Assembly: GCA_002633005.1 (NCBI GenBank)
Contig: NMRA01000163.1
Coordinates: 404,071-468,070 of the forward strand
Source: Phoronis australis
Taxonomy: Eukaryota; Animalia; Phoronida
DNA length: 64,000 nucleotides
Reading direction: 5' to 3'
The notes beneath the pieces were generated by a model. That model searched no databases. It worked only from the letters and a program-made list of their open reading frames with translations, and had not been told where the DNA came from. Shown piece by piece: positions 1 to 11,050 of the stretch. Positions within the stretch are counted from its first letter, which is position 1. Each line of letters starts with the position of its first letter. The translations under genes and the position numbers were made by a program.

Positions 1-663
1 TGCCAGGAAGGAGTTAATCATTCATGTAAGATATTGGCTACATGGGTAAACTTCTCAACTCCTTGTTGGGCTATAGAATCGTTGTTGGGCTATAGAATCG
101 AACAAGTTGGGAGCAGTAGGAAAATGCCGTAATGTTACTTATTACCCTTTGATTGATAAAATAATTACAAAATCTTTGGAACCAGTTACCTGTAAATAAG
201 AGGTTGGATTATGAGTCAACTGACTAAAAAGCTGTGACCTTTGCCTAAAGAAAACATGTCTTTCAACTGATGATTTTAACTTTTTGCCATGCTAGCTTCT
301 GAATTGCTATCAGCCTTGAGTTTTTGGCAAAGCTAGACCCCAGAGTCATGTGACTGTAATACCACCGGACAATCGTCTACTTTTAGTACCATCACCAGGT
401 TTGAAGTGATGCACCCAGAAAGTGAATTGAAACATTTAGGAATGTTAAAATTGTAATAGCCAACAATTTTAGCTTTTTTTCACATTAAGGTCTCTTCCAG
501 AAACCTCTTTGATTAGCTGGGTGATGATCGATGTAGCCCATCTTAACAATTGGAATTTGTAACAGTTGAAGATCTTGTGGCACGGCTAAGTATTACACCA
601 ATGTAATTATAAAACTGGACTGGTGTCTTACAAATGATTATATTACATTTCAGTTTGTAAGTG

Positions 664-842
664 ATGTCTGATGGTGAACAGACACTCAAAGTCAAGCGTT
701 ACTATGTCCATGGCTGTGTTGTTCCATTTGAAGAAGACTCCACACATGAGTTCAAAGGCCACCGAAACCTTTCAGCAGAGGATGTCCCACCTTGGTGTTA
801 CCACTCTGGATCAGAAAAAATGACCAGAAAGGCAGTGTCAAG
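664..842 (+). CDS. Schlafen/AlbA_2-domain protein, coding exon 1 (MSDGEQ...FEEDSTHEFKGHR...KAVSR)
   Basis: Acceptor tttcag ends at 653; in-frame TAA lies just upstream of ATG 664; EExxxxEFK motif of AlbA_2; donor AG|gtagaa, phase 2. Confidence 0.85.
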
Positions 843-959
843 GTAGAATTGTGGCTTTACTGAATATAGAGTACCAACTTCTCAGAATACTATCCAATGC
901 CCTCTTGGATTCGGTGATATTTACCCACAGTGCTGTTCATCGATGGGGGTACTTGGCCT

Positions 960-1056
960 GTACACTGCTGTTCGTATGTTCACTATGTTGTACACTGCTG
1001 TTCGTATGTTCACTATGTTGTACACTGCTGTTCGTATGTTCACTATGTTGTACACT
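960..1056. repeat. 30-bp tandem repeat, about 3 copies (gtacactgctgttcgtatgttcactatgtt)
   Basis: Exact tandem units visible. Confidence 0.9.
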
Positions 1057-2000
1057 AAAATTAGATTGACGTTACATTAGTCATTCTGATATGAATTAAA
1101 GTTTTACTGTTGCGCAATGATGTACAATGCGGACACCAAATAATTTAGCTTGTTGAATGAGGCCCTATAAAATGTTCGTCTCTTGTCCAACTTGAGTCAG
1201 AAGTTTGTTAGTGGCCCTAGATTTTGAAAAAGTAGGTTAATTCTAGAATGCAAATTGTCTGCTTCGACACATGAAGAGGAATGACTGTGGGATGTGGGAA
1301 TTGTTGTTTATTGGCAATGAGAATTAAAGTCATTAGGTACCACGTGCTGAATTCTGTAATGAATCATTACTAGTCAACCGAATTTTAAATGCTTAGAGAT
1401 GATAAAATCTTTAATTAAAACACTTAAAAACATTATTCATTTTGGGTTCAAGCCGATCCATAGCAGTGAGTTAACTAGATGGAACTACTACATTAGATAC
1501 AGTAGCATAGGAGTTATTTATTAAACCAACACAATTGCTATCTCATTCAGCTTGTACGTCATTTGTGCTTTACATATCACTGTGGATGGGATGGATCCCA
1601 AAACATGTTCTTGAAGTGTTTTATATTTATTATTATCATGTTTATCGTCTCTATATATCTTTATTCAGGAAACCATGTTCTGGTGTTAAAAACAAACTTT
1701 TAAATAGAAGGGACATCTCTTCCAAAGCAATATCACCACTTTTTATATTTTGTTTGAGTTTATATTCATTTTGTTAACATGCAATAAATCTGAAATTTTC
1801 AGGCAACCATACTAATTACTTTGTTGACGACTGAAATTAACATGTTGTAATTTGCCACTTAATGGGCTTCATTTGAAGCAATAAAGACCTTGATGTTACA
1901 TTGATGTTCTAAATTGAGAAGCGCTACAGTATTCCTAGCTTGTTATGTGTTAGCTCAATGAGTAAGTAGGAATCTTAATTATCTGTTTTCATAATTTCAG

Positions 2001-2100
2001 GGCAATAAATGCATTTTTGAATACAGGTAAAGGTGGTACGGTCTACCTTGGCATTGTTGATAATGGTACAGTTCTTGGTCTCAACCTGACTGTGTATCAG
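2001..2100 (+). CDS. Schlafen/AlbA_2 protein, exon 2 (AINAFLNTGKGGTVYLGIVDNGTVLGL...)
   Basis: tttcag| and |gtaaga; phase matches exon 1; AFLNT-GG-x-YLG-x-D-x-G-x-V-x-G core motif. Confidence 0.92.
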
Positions 2101-2127
2101 GTAAGAAGGGGTCATGCTGCAAGGAGT

Positions 2128-2213
2128 CGTGTGTGTTTGTGTTCAAACTTTGTATTTGTGTGTGTGTGTGCGCGTGCGTGCTTGCGTGCATGCATGCGTG
2201 CGTGCGTGTGTGT
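2128..2213. repeat. (GT)/(GCGT) microsatellite
   Basis: Visible low-complexity run. Confidence 0.8.
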
Positions 2214-2881
2214 TCGCGATAATGGGGAATATTGTTTAAAGGGAGGTTGATTAGGTCAAAAAAGCATAGGCTTTGTTCTGGCCTGTACATTTTTAAAAAT
2301 CAGGTCAATTGTTGGGTATTTTTTTAGTTGCTCATCTTTTCAGAAAAGAAAAATTTTGTAACTCACCGCTTGAAAAATCTTGCCATTTCAAACTTTACTA
2401 ACCCTTGCTTTCGGGCTTCTGTACACCTTTTGGAAAACAAAACGCTAGACCTTGAGCTGAAATTGATGCGTGCTGTTTTTTTAGTCTATAGTCACATTTC
2501 TCAATATGATTTGGGGTATAAACCAGAATGAAGCACATGTGCTTTTTTGAGCCAACTAGAGAGTATGCCGAACATAATGGTTTGGTTTTCTGTGGCAGGG
2601 AAATTGTGCGTGCTTTCTAATAGTGGTAACTCTGATTTCATTCTAGTGCATGGCCAGTCGACACTGGTCATAAATTGATGAAACATTGAGCAGAAGAATG
2701 CTGCCTGTTGCACTGATTTCCAACTGGGCTTGTACTTTGACATAGTTCATTTCACCGCTTTGCAAAGTTGTTTGACGTCCCCAATAACTGAATGTTTTGT
2801 GACGTGGTATTTCAGCTTTGATTTGTGATGCGATTGCATGCCGTGTGGTTCATTGAGAGTGTTTCATTGACGCATTTGCAG

Positions 2882-3030
2882 AAGGACCATATAGCTGCTT
2901 CACTGGAGGACCTCCTGGCCAGGTACCGACCTGTAGTTGACCGTCATCGTTGCAAAGTCAAGTTTGTGCCAGTTATAGAAAGTGGTGTGCCAGAGGAGAT
3001 TCTTCACAGACAAGCGCTGGTCGACAACTG
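2882..3030 (+). CDS. Schlafen/AlbA_2 protein, exon 3 (KDHIAASLEDLLARYRPVVDRHRCKVKFVPVI...)
   Basis: ttgcag| and |gtgagt; phase 0 in, phase 2 out; FVPV strand typical of the domain. Confidence 0.85.
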
Positions 3031-3047
3031 GTGAGTAGCATTGTTAG

Positions 3048-3836
3048 TTTAAAACAGCTTATTATTTAAAATGACTTATTCTTATTAAAATGACATAGGC
3101 AAAAAATTGAATTTCGGACCTCAAAAGCGAGGCCCCCTATATTAATATAGGGGCCCCNNNNNNNNNNNNNNNNNNNNNNNNNNNNNNNNNNNNNNNNNNN
3201 NNNNNNNNNNNNNNNNNNNNNNNNNNNNNNNNNNNNNNNNNNNNNNNNNNNNNNNNNNNNNNNNNNNNNNNNNNNNNNNNNNNNNNNNNNNNNNNNNNNN
3301 NNNNNNNNNNNNNNNNNNNNNNNNNNNNNNNNNNNNNNNNNNNNNNNNNNNNNNNNNNNNNNNNNNNNNNNNNNNNNNNNNNNNNNNNNNNNNNNNNNNN
3401 NNNNNNNNNNNNNNNNNNNNNNNNNNNNNNNNNNNNNNNNNNNNNNNNNNNNNNNNNNNNNNNNNNNNNNNNNNNNNNNNNNNNNNNNNNNNNNNNNNNN
3501 NNNNNNNNNNNNNNNNNNNNNNNNNNNNNNNNNNNNNNNNNNNNNNNNNNNNNNNNNNNNNNNNNNNNNNNNNNNNNNNNNNNNNNNNNNNNNNNNNNNN
3601 NNNNNNNNNNNNNNNNNNNNNNNNNNNNNNNNNNNNNNNNNNNNNNNNNNNCGCCGAAAGGAGGCCGGAGAGCGGGGCTGCCTATATTAATATAGGAGGC
3701 CCCGCTCTCCGGTCGCCTTTCGGTGGGTGCTTCCTATATTAATATAGGGGGCCTCGCTTTTGAGGTCCAAAATTCAATTTTTTGCCTATGTCATTTTAAT
3801 AAGAATAAGTCATTTTAAATAATAAGCTGTTTTAAA
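3048..3836. mobile_element. Foldback/MITE-like element with ~100-bp terminal inverted repeats spanning an N gap
   Basis: 3048-3150 is the reverse complement of about 3734-3836; internal palindromes ctatattaatatag; symmetric TTTAAA at both ends. Confidence 0.75.
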
Positions 3837-4253
3837 TGTTGTAATGTAATCTAGGACTCTAGAAAAGTGGCACAGTTTGGCTAACTTTGGAATATCATAT
3901 CTCAGAAATGGCTGATTGGATTCATATGAAACTTTCAAATACTAGGCATTAGGCTTTGTTGTCCTCGGAAACGATTTTTGGAGTTGTTTTTATGCTGCTT
4001 CACTTTTACACAAGAAGCTACTGGTGTGTGTGTCCAAAATGACTGAGATTTAACTGCATCAAAAATCCGAGTTTTATGAAAAATTCAAAAGTTACGTAAA
4101 GCGAATACATGGTCAAGAGACCCAAGTGGTTTTAGTTTGGCATTAAGTCAAAACTGATATTTTGAAGTTTCCACTTTCATAAAATGTCTGAGAGTTTTTT
4201 ACGTGGTTTTGTAGATATTTGGCTAAACGCAGACTTGTAGATAACATCCTACG

Positions 4254-5115
4254 CAGTGGCGGATCACTGTAGGATATCACAAGGGGGGACCCAACATTTT
4301 GTCCGGCTGCAAGCATTTGCGCTAACCACGATTGTAGATGTGCATAGCACCGAATGTGGGGAGGTCGGGAGGGGGCAAAACCCCCCCCGCCCAGGAAATT
4401 TTTCTGTTTTTTCCTCTAAAAATCAAGCATTTTCCTTGATTCCTGAAGTGTTATCCAAGAAAAAAAGGCAAAAAAACATGGAGAACGTGTCCAACAGGAA
4501 AAACTGCAAGTACCACAGACTCAAACTCACGACCTAGCGGATAAAGCATGCGTGCTTTACCACTACACCACCACGATTTAACTCCTATTCTGATACTAAG
4601 AGACCTACATGTACTTGTTTATGGTCCACAGCATTTGTGCACGAAACCTACTTCTTTTTGTAATGCTTATTACACGTTTTATATTTTGTGCAATCAGTTC
4701 TTAACAAATTTGTTGTATAAAAATAGTCTTCAAATTCCCAAAAGACCAAATCCATTTTTCGTGTTGGCAACAATGACGGGATTGCTTTGGAAATCGTCTT
4801 AAGTTAAGGTTTGACAAAGAGAGAAATTTTATAAGTTTCTGAGTGATTCACTAAGGCTTCAATTAAAATTCTTATACCAGCAGCTTCTGTGTTTTCGTCG
4901 TCACTCAGGTTCCATTTTCTTTAAAAAATGAAGTAAATTTCCTTCATTGCACAGTGGAGCAGACGACGGAAACGGAGTCGTAGTGCGCAGCGCCACTGCC
5001 GGTCGCCTGGGATATCGCGAGAGAGCCTATACTTAGCCATACTTTGGTTACGAATGTGCCGTGTTCCGAATTTGACACTTGAAATTGGATCTGAGCCCCC
5101 CCCCCCAAACACTAA
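4254..5115. mobile_element. Non-autonomous DNA transposon (CAGTGGCGGAT end) carrying a tRNA-like segment; inverted relative to 8080-8920
   Basis: About 850 bp of alignable reverse-complement similarity; breaks off at the single N at 5120. Confidence 0.8.
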
Positions 5116-5573
5116 AGTGNATGCCTCAAAGTGAAGTGTACATAGACCTTGTATAAAACACTGTCAGACCAATAAATGAATATTCTTTTGAGAAAAATGA
5201 AGCTTTTTGAGTGCAGATACGTAATCTTGAGACTTTGTCTATAGGACTCCATTTTTCATATTTGTTGTCGTTTTTCACATCCTCACAATTATGCTGACAT
5301 GACCAGCAATTTCATGTCTGTCATGAATGCAGTGAATCCGACGTTTTCAAAAATTTCAGCTCTGGAGAGCGTTTTCAAAAGTTAACGTGTTTGGTTATAA
5401 ATTTCAGTGGATACATATGGACAGTAATCGTGAAGCACCAACAATATGTTTTCAAACGAAAACATAATCGTGTGGATAGGGCACATAGTACACACATGAA
5501 CTGTTTGGGTTTTCATGTATTATGAGAAATCGTTGACAGGATGAAGAGGTTATAACAGACGTGTACTTTGTAG

Positions 5574-5735
5574 GGAATTATGTACAACAACTACGTCATC
5601 GAGATTACTGTGAAACCATGGGATGCAACTGACCAGAGGAATACATTCGTTCCACGTTCAGTCTTACAGTTACATCCATTTCATGAGGATGAAGAAGGAA
5701 ATGTGTATTTCAGGAGACAAGCAAGTGTAGTGTCT
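5574..5735 (+). CDS. Schlafen/AlbA_2 protein exon (GIMYNNYVIEITVKPW...EEGNVYFRRQASVVS)
   Basis: ttgtag| and |gtaagc; VIEIxV and GxVYxRxxAS C-terminal AlbA_2 motifs; absent from the ORF track. Confidence 0.85.
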
Positions 5736-7162
5736 GTAAGCAATCTTCTTTAGCTATGGAACAAGACTTCTCAATGTTCATTTCCGCTAACTGCAGTTTT
5801 AATTTTCAAAAGAAACTGGACAGAATTCTGTTAGACAATGCCAAACTTGGACAAATGTCTTGCAAGAAATATTTGGGAATTTGGTAAAATATTTGTCACA
5901 GTACAATGGCATTTTGTAGAACATTTGTCAGAGTTTAATACAACATTGTTGCGCCAAACCACTTAAAGTTTATTATTTTGTAAAAGGACTTGCATAACAC
6001 GCTGTGGCAATTTAGATAGAGTGTACCTGTCAAGATCTTGTCAAGAATTTGACAGAATTGAATGCATTCTTCCCAAAAAGAAATGGAAATTTTGTTCATG
6101 GACTCTTTCTTAAATTCCGGGGCCGTCTAGTTAAAGTATTAATATGTGCTTAGAGCTTTTCGCCATAAAAAATATGTATGTCAAAATTGCTGACTTAAAG
6201 GTGTGTTTGCACGCTCCTAACTGTACTGACATTAAATGGCTAATGCTTCTTTAACATAATCCAAAGTGCAGTTGTATCCATTGACAACTAATAAAAGTGC
6301 ACAAAAAATTCTGCTAATAGGTGACTTTTGCACTAATGACTTACATGGCGGGCTCACACAGCCAGCATCATGCAGTGTTATTCCCCAGGACCACGTTACT
6401 TTTATTAATTGTTTATTTTAATGCAATATTTACAATGAGGATAGCCCCATCAGTTCGCGCTGCTTTCCATGGGGGCTGTCAGTAAAAACATACAAAGACA
6501 GTAAGACAAACTAACAGAATTACAAAATGAAAGACAGTATCTAAATAATATGGTATTACTGGCTGATCATTTTGGCCTCAAAACTTGTCCATTTGGCAAT
6601 TTTCAACCTATTTCATATTCACATCATCACTATATGTTGTGTTTCTAACTAATTTGGCCAAGCAATCACAGAGATAAGGAAATCAATTAGCCTGGAAGTT
6701 CCACTTTAAGTCACGTTTTATGAAAAATACCGCTGGACTTAGTAAGCCTTGACTGTCGGTTATTTCCTGAGAGTATGCCCAGTGCCCAAGGTAATGTGTC
6801 AGCTAGTACCAACTTGTTCACTATGATTATTTTTAATCTGAGTAAGGGCCCAGTCTTAACAAACTTGCTCTCAGAATGTCCAAGCCTGTCTTATCATTCC
6901 TTAAGCCTGGTTGGAGGTGAATGCATATGGGCAATTTTGGCAAACGCAACATTGTACAGGTAGGTGTTACTTGTCTTGTACAACACTTTGTTGGTCCCCA
7001 CTCATTTCTTGTCCCGTTTTTGAGACAGCACTGAGAACTGAATTGGTGTGTCGGGGGCTTTAGGATCAAGTTGTGCCCTGTCTTATACATGTAAGCGGGT
7101 TTGTTTTATGGCAGAAGGTGGGTACGTAGTATGCTTAAACAGGTATTAACCTCTCATTCCAG

Positions 7163-7233
7163 TACTCCAAGCGGGAGATATATACCTTAACCAAGCAGGA
7201 GGTTGATCAGCATTACTTACCCAAGATTGCTCG
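7163..7233 (+). CDS. Schlafen/AlbA_2 protein exon (YSKREIYTLTKQEVDQHYLPKIAR)
   Basis: ttccag| and |gtaagt; phase 0 in, phase 2 out; open frame. Confidence 0.75.
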
Positions 7234-7697
7234 GTAAGTCATAGCTGGTTTCTACTAAAACAGTGCTACAGTAATAAATGCATGCACATAAGTAAATTAC
7301 ATCTTTAGCCTTTTCCATGTGAAAATGTGCTATGTGTTGTGCAGCACACATGGCTCAAAACATTGCAGTGTTTGGCTTGTGGTGGACTTCCAGTTTTCCA
7401 CCATGACACAGTTATTGTAGGGTCATTGTTGTGAATGCACTCTTTCACACCTGTGTTCTTGTATTCAACGTGTCTGGCTGAAGGGTCTCCTTAAAGTTGT
7501 GAAAATGCCTAAAAGTGGAATGTTTTACTCATTCATATTCTTCATGTGGCCAAATTTGTTTTAGTAAGTTTATTTTCAATTGACCAAATAGAAATGTGTT
7601 TTATGAAACTCAAACCGGCTGCCATCTGACGCTAATTATGGAGTATGTTAGCACTACTGCTATAGTCAGGCTCACGGATGTTTCTGATATTTTACAG

Positions 7698-7737
7698 GTT
7701 ACGAGCCATGCTGCGCAGGCTCCAAATGCCCCAGTGA
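7698..7737 (+). CDS. Schlafen/AlbA_2 protein, last exon (LRAMLRRLQMPQ*)
   Basis: tttacag| acceptor, phase 2 compatible; TGA at 7735-7737; AATAAA at about 7824. Confidence 0.7.
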
Positions 7738-7939
7738 CAGATAGGTGGAGCTCATTTGTTGATGTTTTTGTTTCTGTTGTTTACTCATTTACATGTCATT
7801 TTCTTAAGTCGGTTATTTTAAAAAATAAACCTGATCAGTTTAAAGGGCTTGCAGTTTATTTTACTACAGACTATACACAGTTAAACGGGCATTGTCGGTT
7901 TTACAGCATTGTTCAGAGCTATAAAACGTTGTTTATTTT

Positions 7940-8920
7940 ATAGGCGGATTTAGGGGGGCCCACACCCCCCCCCCCTTTGGCTGCGGCAAAAAATAAAACA
8001 GCAAGAGTGTAGGGAAATGTTGAGTTTATTAATTAACCCTGATAAAAATTATACCGACGAAACAAGATTTAAATGTGTGCAGTTTTGGTGTCTGGGGGGT
8101 GCTCAGATCCAATTTCAAGTGTCAAATTCAGAACACGGCGCATTCTTAACGGAACTATGGCTAAGTATAGGCTCTCCCGCGATATCCCAGGCGACCGGCA
8201 GTGGCGCTGCGCCCTACGACTCCGTTTCCGTCGTCTGCTCTACTGTGCAATGAAGAACATTTATTTCATTTTTTTAAGAAAATGGAATCTGAGTGACGAT
8301 GAAAAATCAGAAGCTGCTGGTAAGATGTGAATTTTAATCGAAGCCTTAGTGAATCGCTCAGAAACTCATAATTCTTTCTTTGTCAAATCTTAAGACAATT
8401 TCCAAAGCAATCCCGTCATTATTACTAACACCAAAAACGGATTTGGTCTTTTGGGCATTTGAAGACTATTTTAAGTGCAACAAATTTGTTCAGAACCGAT
8501 TGCACAAAATATAAAACGGGTAATAAGCATTACAAAAAGAAGTAGGTTTCTCGCGCAAACGCTGTGGACCATAAACAAGTAGGTCTCTTAGTATCGGATT
8601 AGGAGTTAAATCGTGGTGGTGTAGTGGTAAAGCACGCGCTCTCTATCCGCCAGGTCCTGAGATCGTGTCTCTTGTATTTGCAGTTTTTCCTGTTTGACAC
8701 GTTCTCTGTGTTTTTATTTTATTTCTTTTTTTCATTTTTTGCCTTTTGGATAGTACTTCAGGAATCAAAGAAAATGCTTTATTTTTAGAAGGAAAAACAA
8801 AAATTTTCTCCCTACCTCCCCCCATTCGGTGCTGTGCGCATCTACAATCGTGGTTTGGGCAAATGCTTAAAGCCGGACAAAATGTTGGGCCCCCCTTGTG
8901 ATATCCTAGATCCGCCACTG
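7940..8920. mobile_element. Second copy of the same element (ends ATCCGCCACTG), with a tRNA-like head at about 8612-8675
   Basis: GGCGGAT / ATCCGCC termini; A-box TGGTGTAGTGG and a degenerate B-box inside. Confidence 0.8.
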
Positions 8921-10433
8921 TATTATTTAATTGTCTTTGGCAATTCTCACCCGTTTTCAGTGCCAGACGTTCGATGAAATCAAAACCGGTGACATTCGGT
9001 CAGTTCAATAGGCTAAAATATTATCCAGTGGGATTTTAGTTAAAACTACGAGTAGAACTTTAAACTGCGCTTATCTCGAAAAATCCCTTTTCTCGACGAT
9101 GACTTCCGCTTTAAAGATACTCTTGACTTTGTCTGCCACCAGCTAAGAACACAGAATTACAATATTTACATTTCTCTTTTAGGTTAATTAATTTTTCCTT
9201 GGTCCCAGTAGAACCTTCTCTTCGATTGTAGGCTTCGTGCCTCGACAGCCCTGCCACCTTGTGATTCCACACGGATGAACCATTTTTCAGAACCGTGGTA
9301 CGCTCCTGACTATCGACAAGAAGTTTTCGGTCCTTTCTGAGGGATCGTTGCATATCTGTTGAAAAGTCTGACAACTGAAGCCACTGATGACTTTCTCAAC
9401 ACCTCTACGATCTTCTTAATAAGGTTGGTCTCCCTTGTCGACGATTCGCCTACTGGTATTCGGATGGGTATTTATCTTCGGGAATAATTTTATACCCGGA
9501 GTCGGCTATTTATGCGATTGATCACATTACGATATCTCACGGACTTTATGTCATTCCGGGCTGTCACCTTGTCAGCTTTAGGCCTAGCTTTGCGTCATTG
9601 TCTTGTGTGAGTAAATGAAATAAGAGCTGACCGGGTCTCACCTGGGGGAATGTCATTTATCGCAAACACATTTTCTTAGTTCAGTACCGAAGGCACTGGT
9701 TTATTAAATGCGGCGGGGTCTCCTCATCCGTCGAAGTGAACCCCGAGGTTTCGCTTCTAAGTAGGGCTGAGTTACGCCTGTCGATACTTGACATTTTCGC
9801 TTTTTCTGGTACGCAACAACTTTACAACAAATCTAAAGTTAAAATCAAACTTTTAAGACCAGCCTTGAAGAAACACACGAATTTTATTTGCTGTTTGCCA
9901 TTTTCAACATGACTGATAAAATCAGGAAGATATCGAACAAGGGATAGCCTGTACAAACATTATTTAAAGCTGCCAAGACTCGGGCACTTATCTACCAGAA
10001 AGCCTGGTTTAGTATTTCGACCACAAATCGTATGAAATTACATGGTGACAACAGTACTAGCTGTCTGCTTAAATGCTCAGATGAGATAGGATTCAGTGCA
10101 CCAAGAACTTATTGAGCCTTATGATTTCGAGCAGTAACAAATTGAGCAAGGAAGTGTTATGACCAACGGCAAAGGCCCTATAGTTCAGTTTTGTAACAGA
10201 AGACCGGCTCAAAGCCATATGGCAGCTTCGATTCCTGTTAGAAAGAAAGTTTCATAATTAGAAGAACTTTTTCAATCGACATTAAGAATAATAGGTAATT
10301 GTCCTGTTGTTCGCTTGCAAAAACTGAATTTGAATACCCGTTCGGTGTTATACGGAAGTGTCAGTACATTTTGAGACACTCTTCGCATCATTTGTGCCTA
10401 GCCACCTGAAACTAGTCTGTCAGTGTCTTAACT

Positions 10434-11050
10434 AGGGATTTTGAAATAGCCCAAAGACGGTACCACTTAGGGACCTCGTAATCTCGCCCTTTCAAGATAT
10501 GCCTTGAAAGCATGCCTGGCCCCAATAAAATGAACTTTCCGGCCCAAACTAGACCATTAAATGAACCTTAGAGACAGCGCAGACGAATGGGAGCTGAGCT
10601 GCCTGTGAATATTACCTGAGCTGACAAACGGCTGGCCCAGTTCGTTTTTTCACTGCGACTTCAGTCAGGTGGCGTGAGCTCACTGTGCATGTCAGCTCAC
10701 AGCAACTGTACAGGGTGAGGGTGTAGTTCACTTGAGGCAGTCAGCCCTTAGGCGTCATGCTCACTCTCCGTGAAATTTTGTTGAACAGGTTACTCGAGCT
10801 CTGGGGATGGCTGCCGCCCCCGGGTTTGCCGGCCCCCACCGGCGGGCACGGGAGGTCGGCCGTGTACAAAATTGGACATCCGGAGAAGGGGGGATGTGAG
10901 TGGTGGAGATAATGACGGACGGGAGGCAAACGTTTTGCGAAATCGGATTGGCGTGACTGGACAGTGCCCTACCCTGACTGGACGGTGCACTACCCTTCAT
11001 TTCATCTGTCCGGATCCGAAGGTTAGATAAGCCGGGCTATTTAAAACCCA
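10434..11050. mobile_element. Putative non-autonomous DNA element with ~19-bp imperfect TIRs and a GC-rich interior
   Basis: agggattttgaaatagccc ... gggctatttaaaaccc. Confidence 0.5.

Noticed and set aside
851-1069. ORF with repeated CTLLFVCSLC
   Set aside because: Translation of an intronic 30-bp tandem repeat.
8612-8675. Possible tRNA gene (also 4505-4578, 36035-36113, 38505-38580)
   Set aside because: A and B boxes are present but I see no proper cloverleaf, and each is embedded in a dispersed repeat; these are SINE-type heads.
9710-9760. Possible minus-strand hammerhead (GAAA ... GATGA)
   Set aside because: Core is CGGAUGA and stem I cannot be formed.
10100-10375. Semi-open frame ELIEPYDFEQ...PVVRLQKL
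   Set aside because: Contains stops and no recognisable domain or splice structure; too weak to call a pseudogene.
10570-10600. CGAATGGGA string resembling the 3' end of an HDV-like ribozyme
   Set aside because: No matching P1/P2/P3 pairing found upstream by eye.
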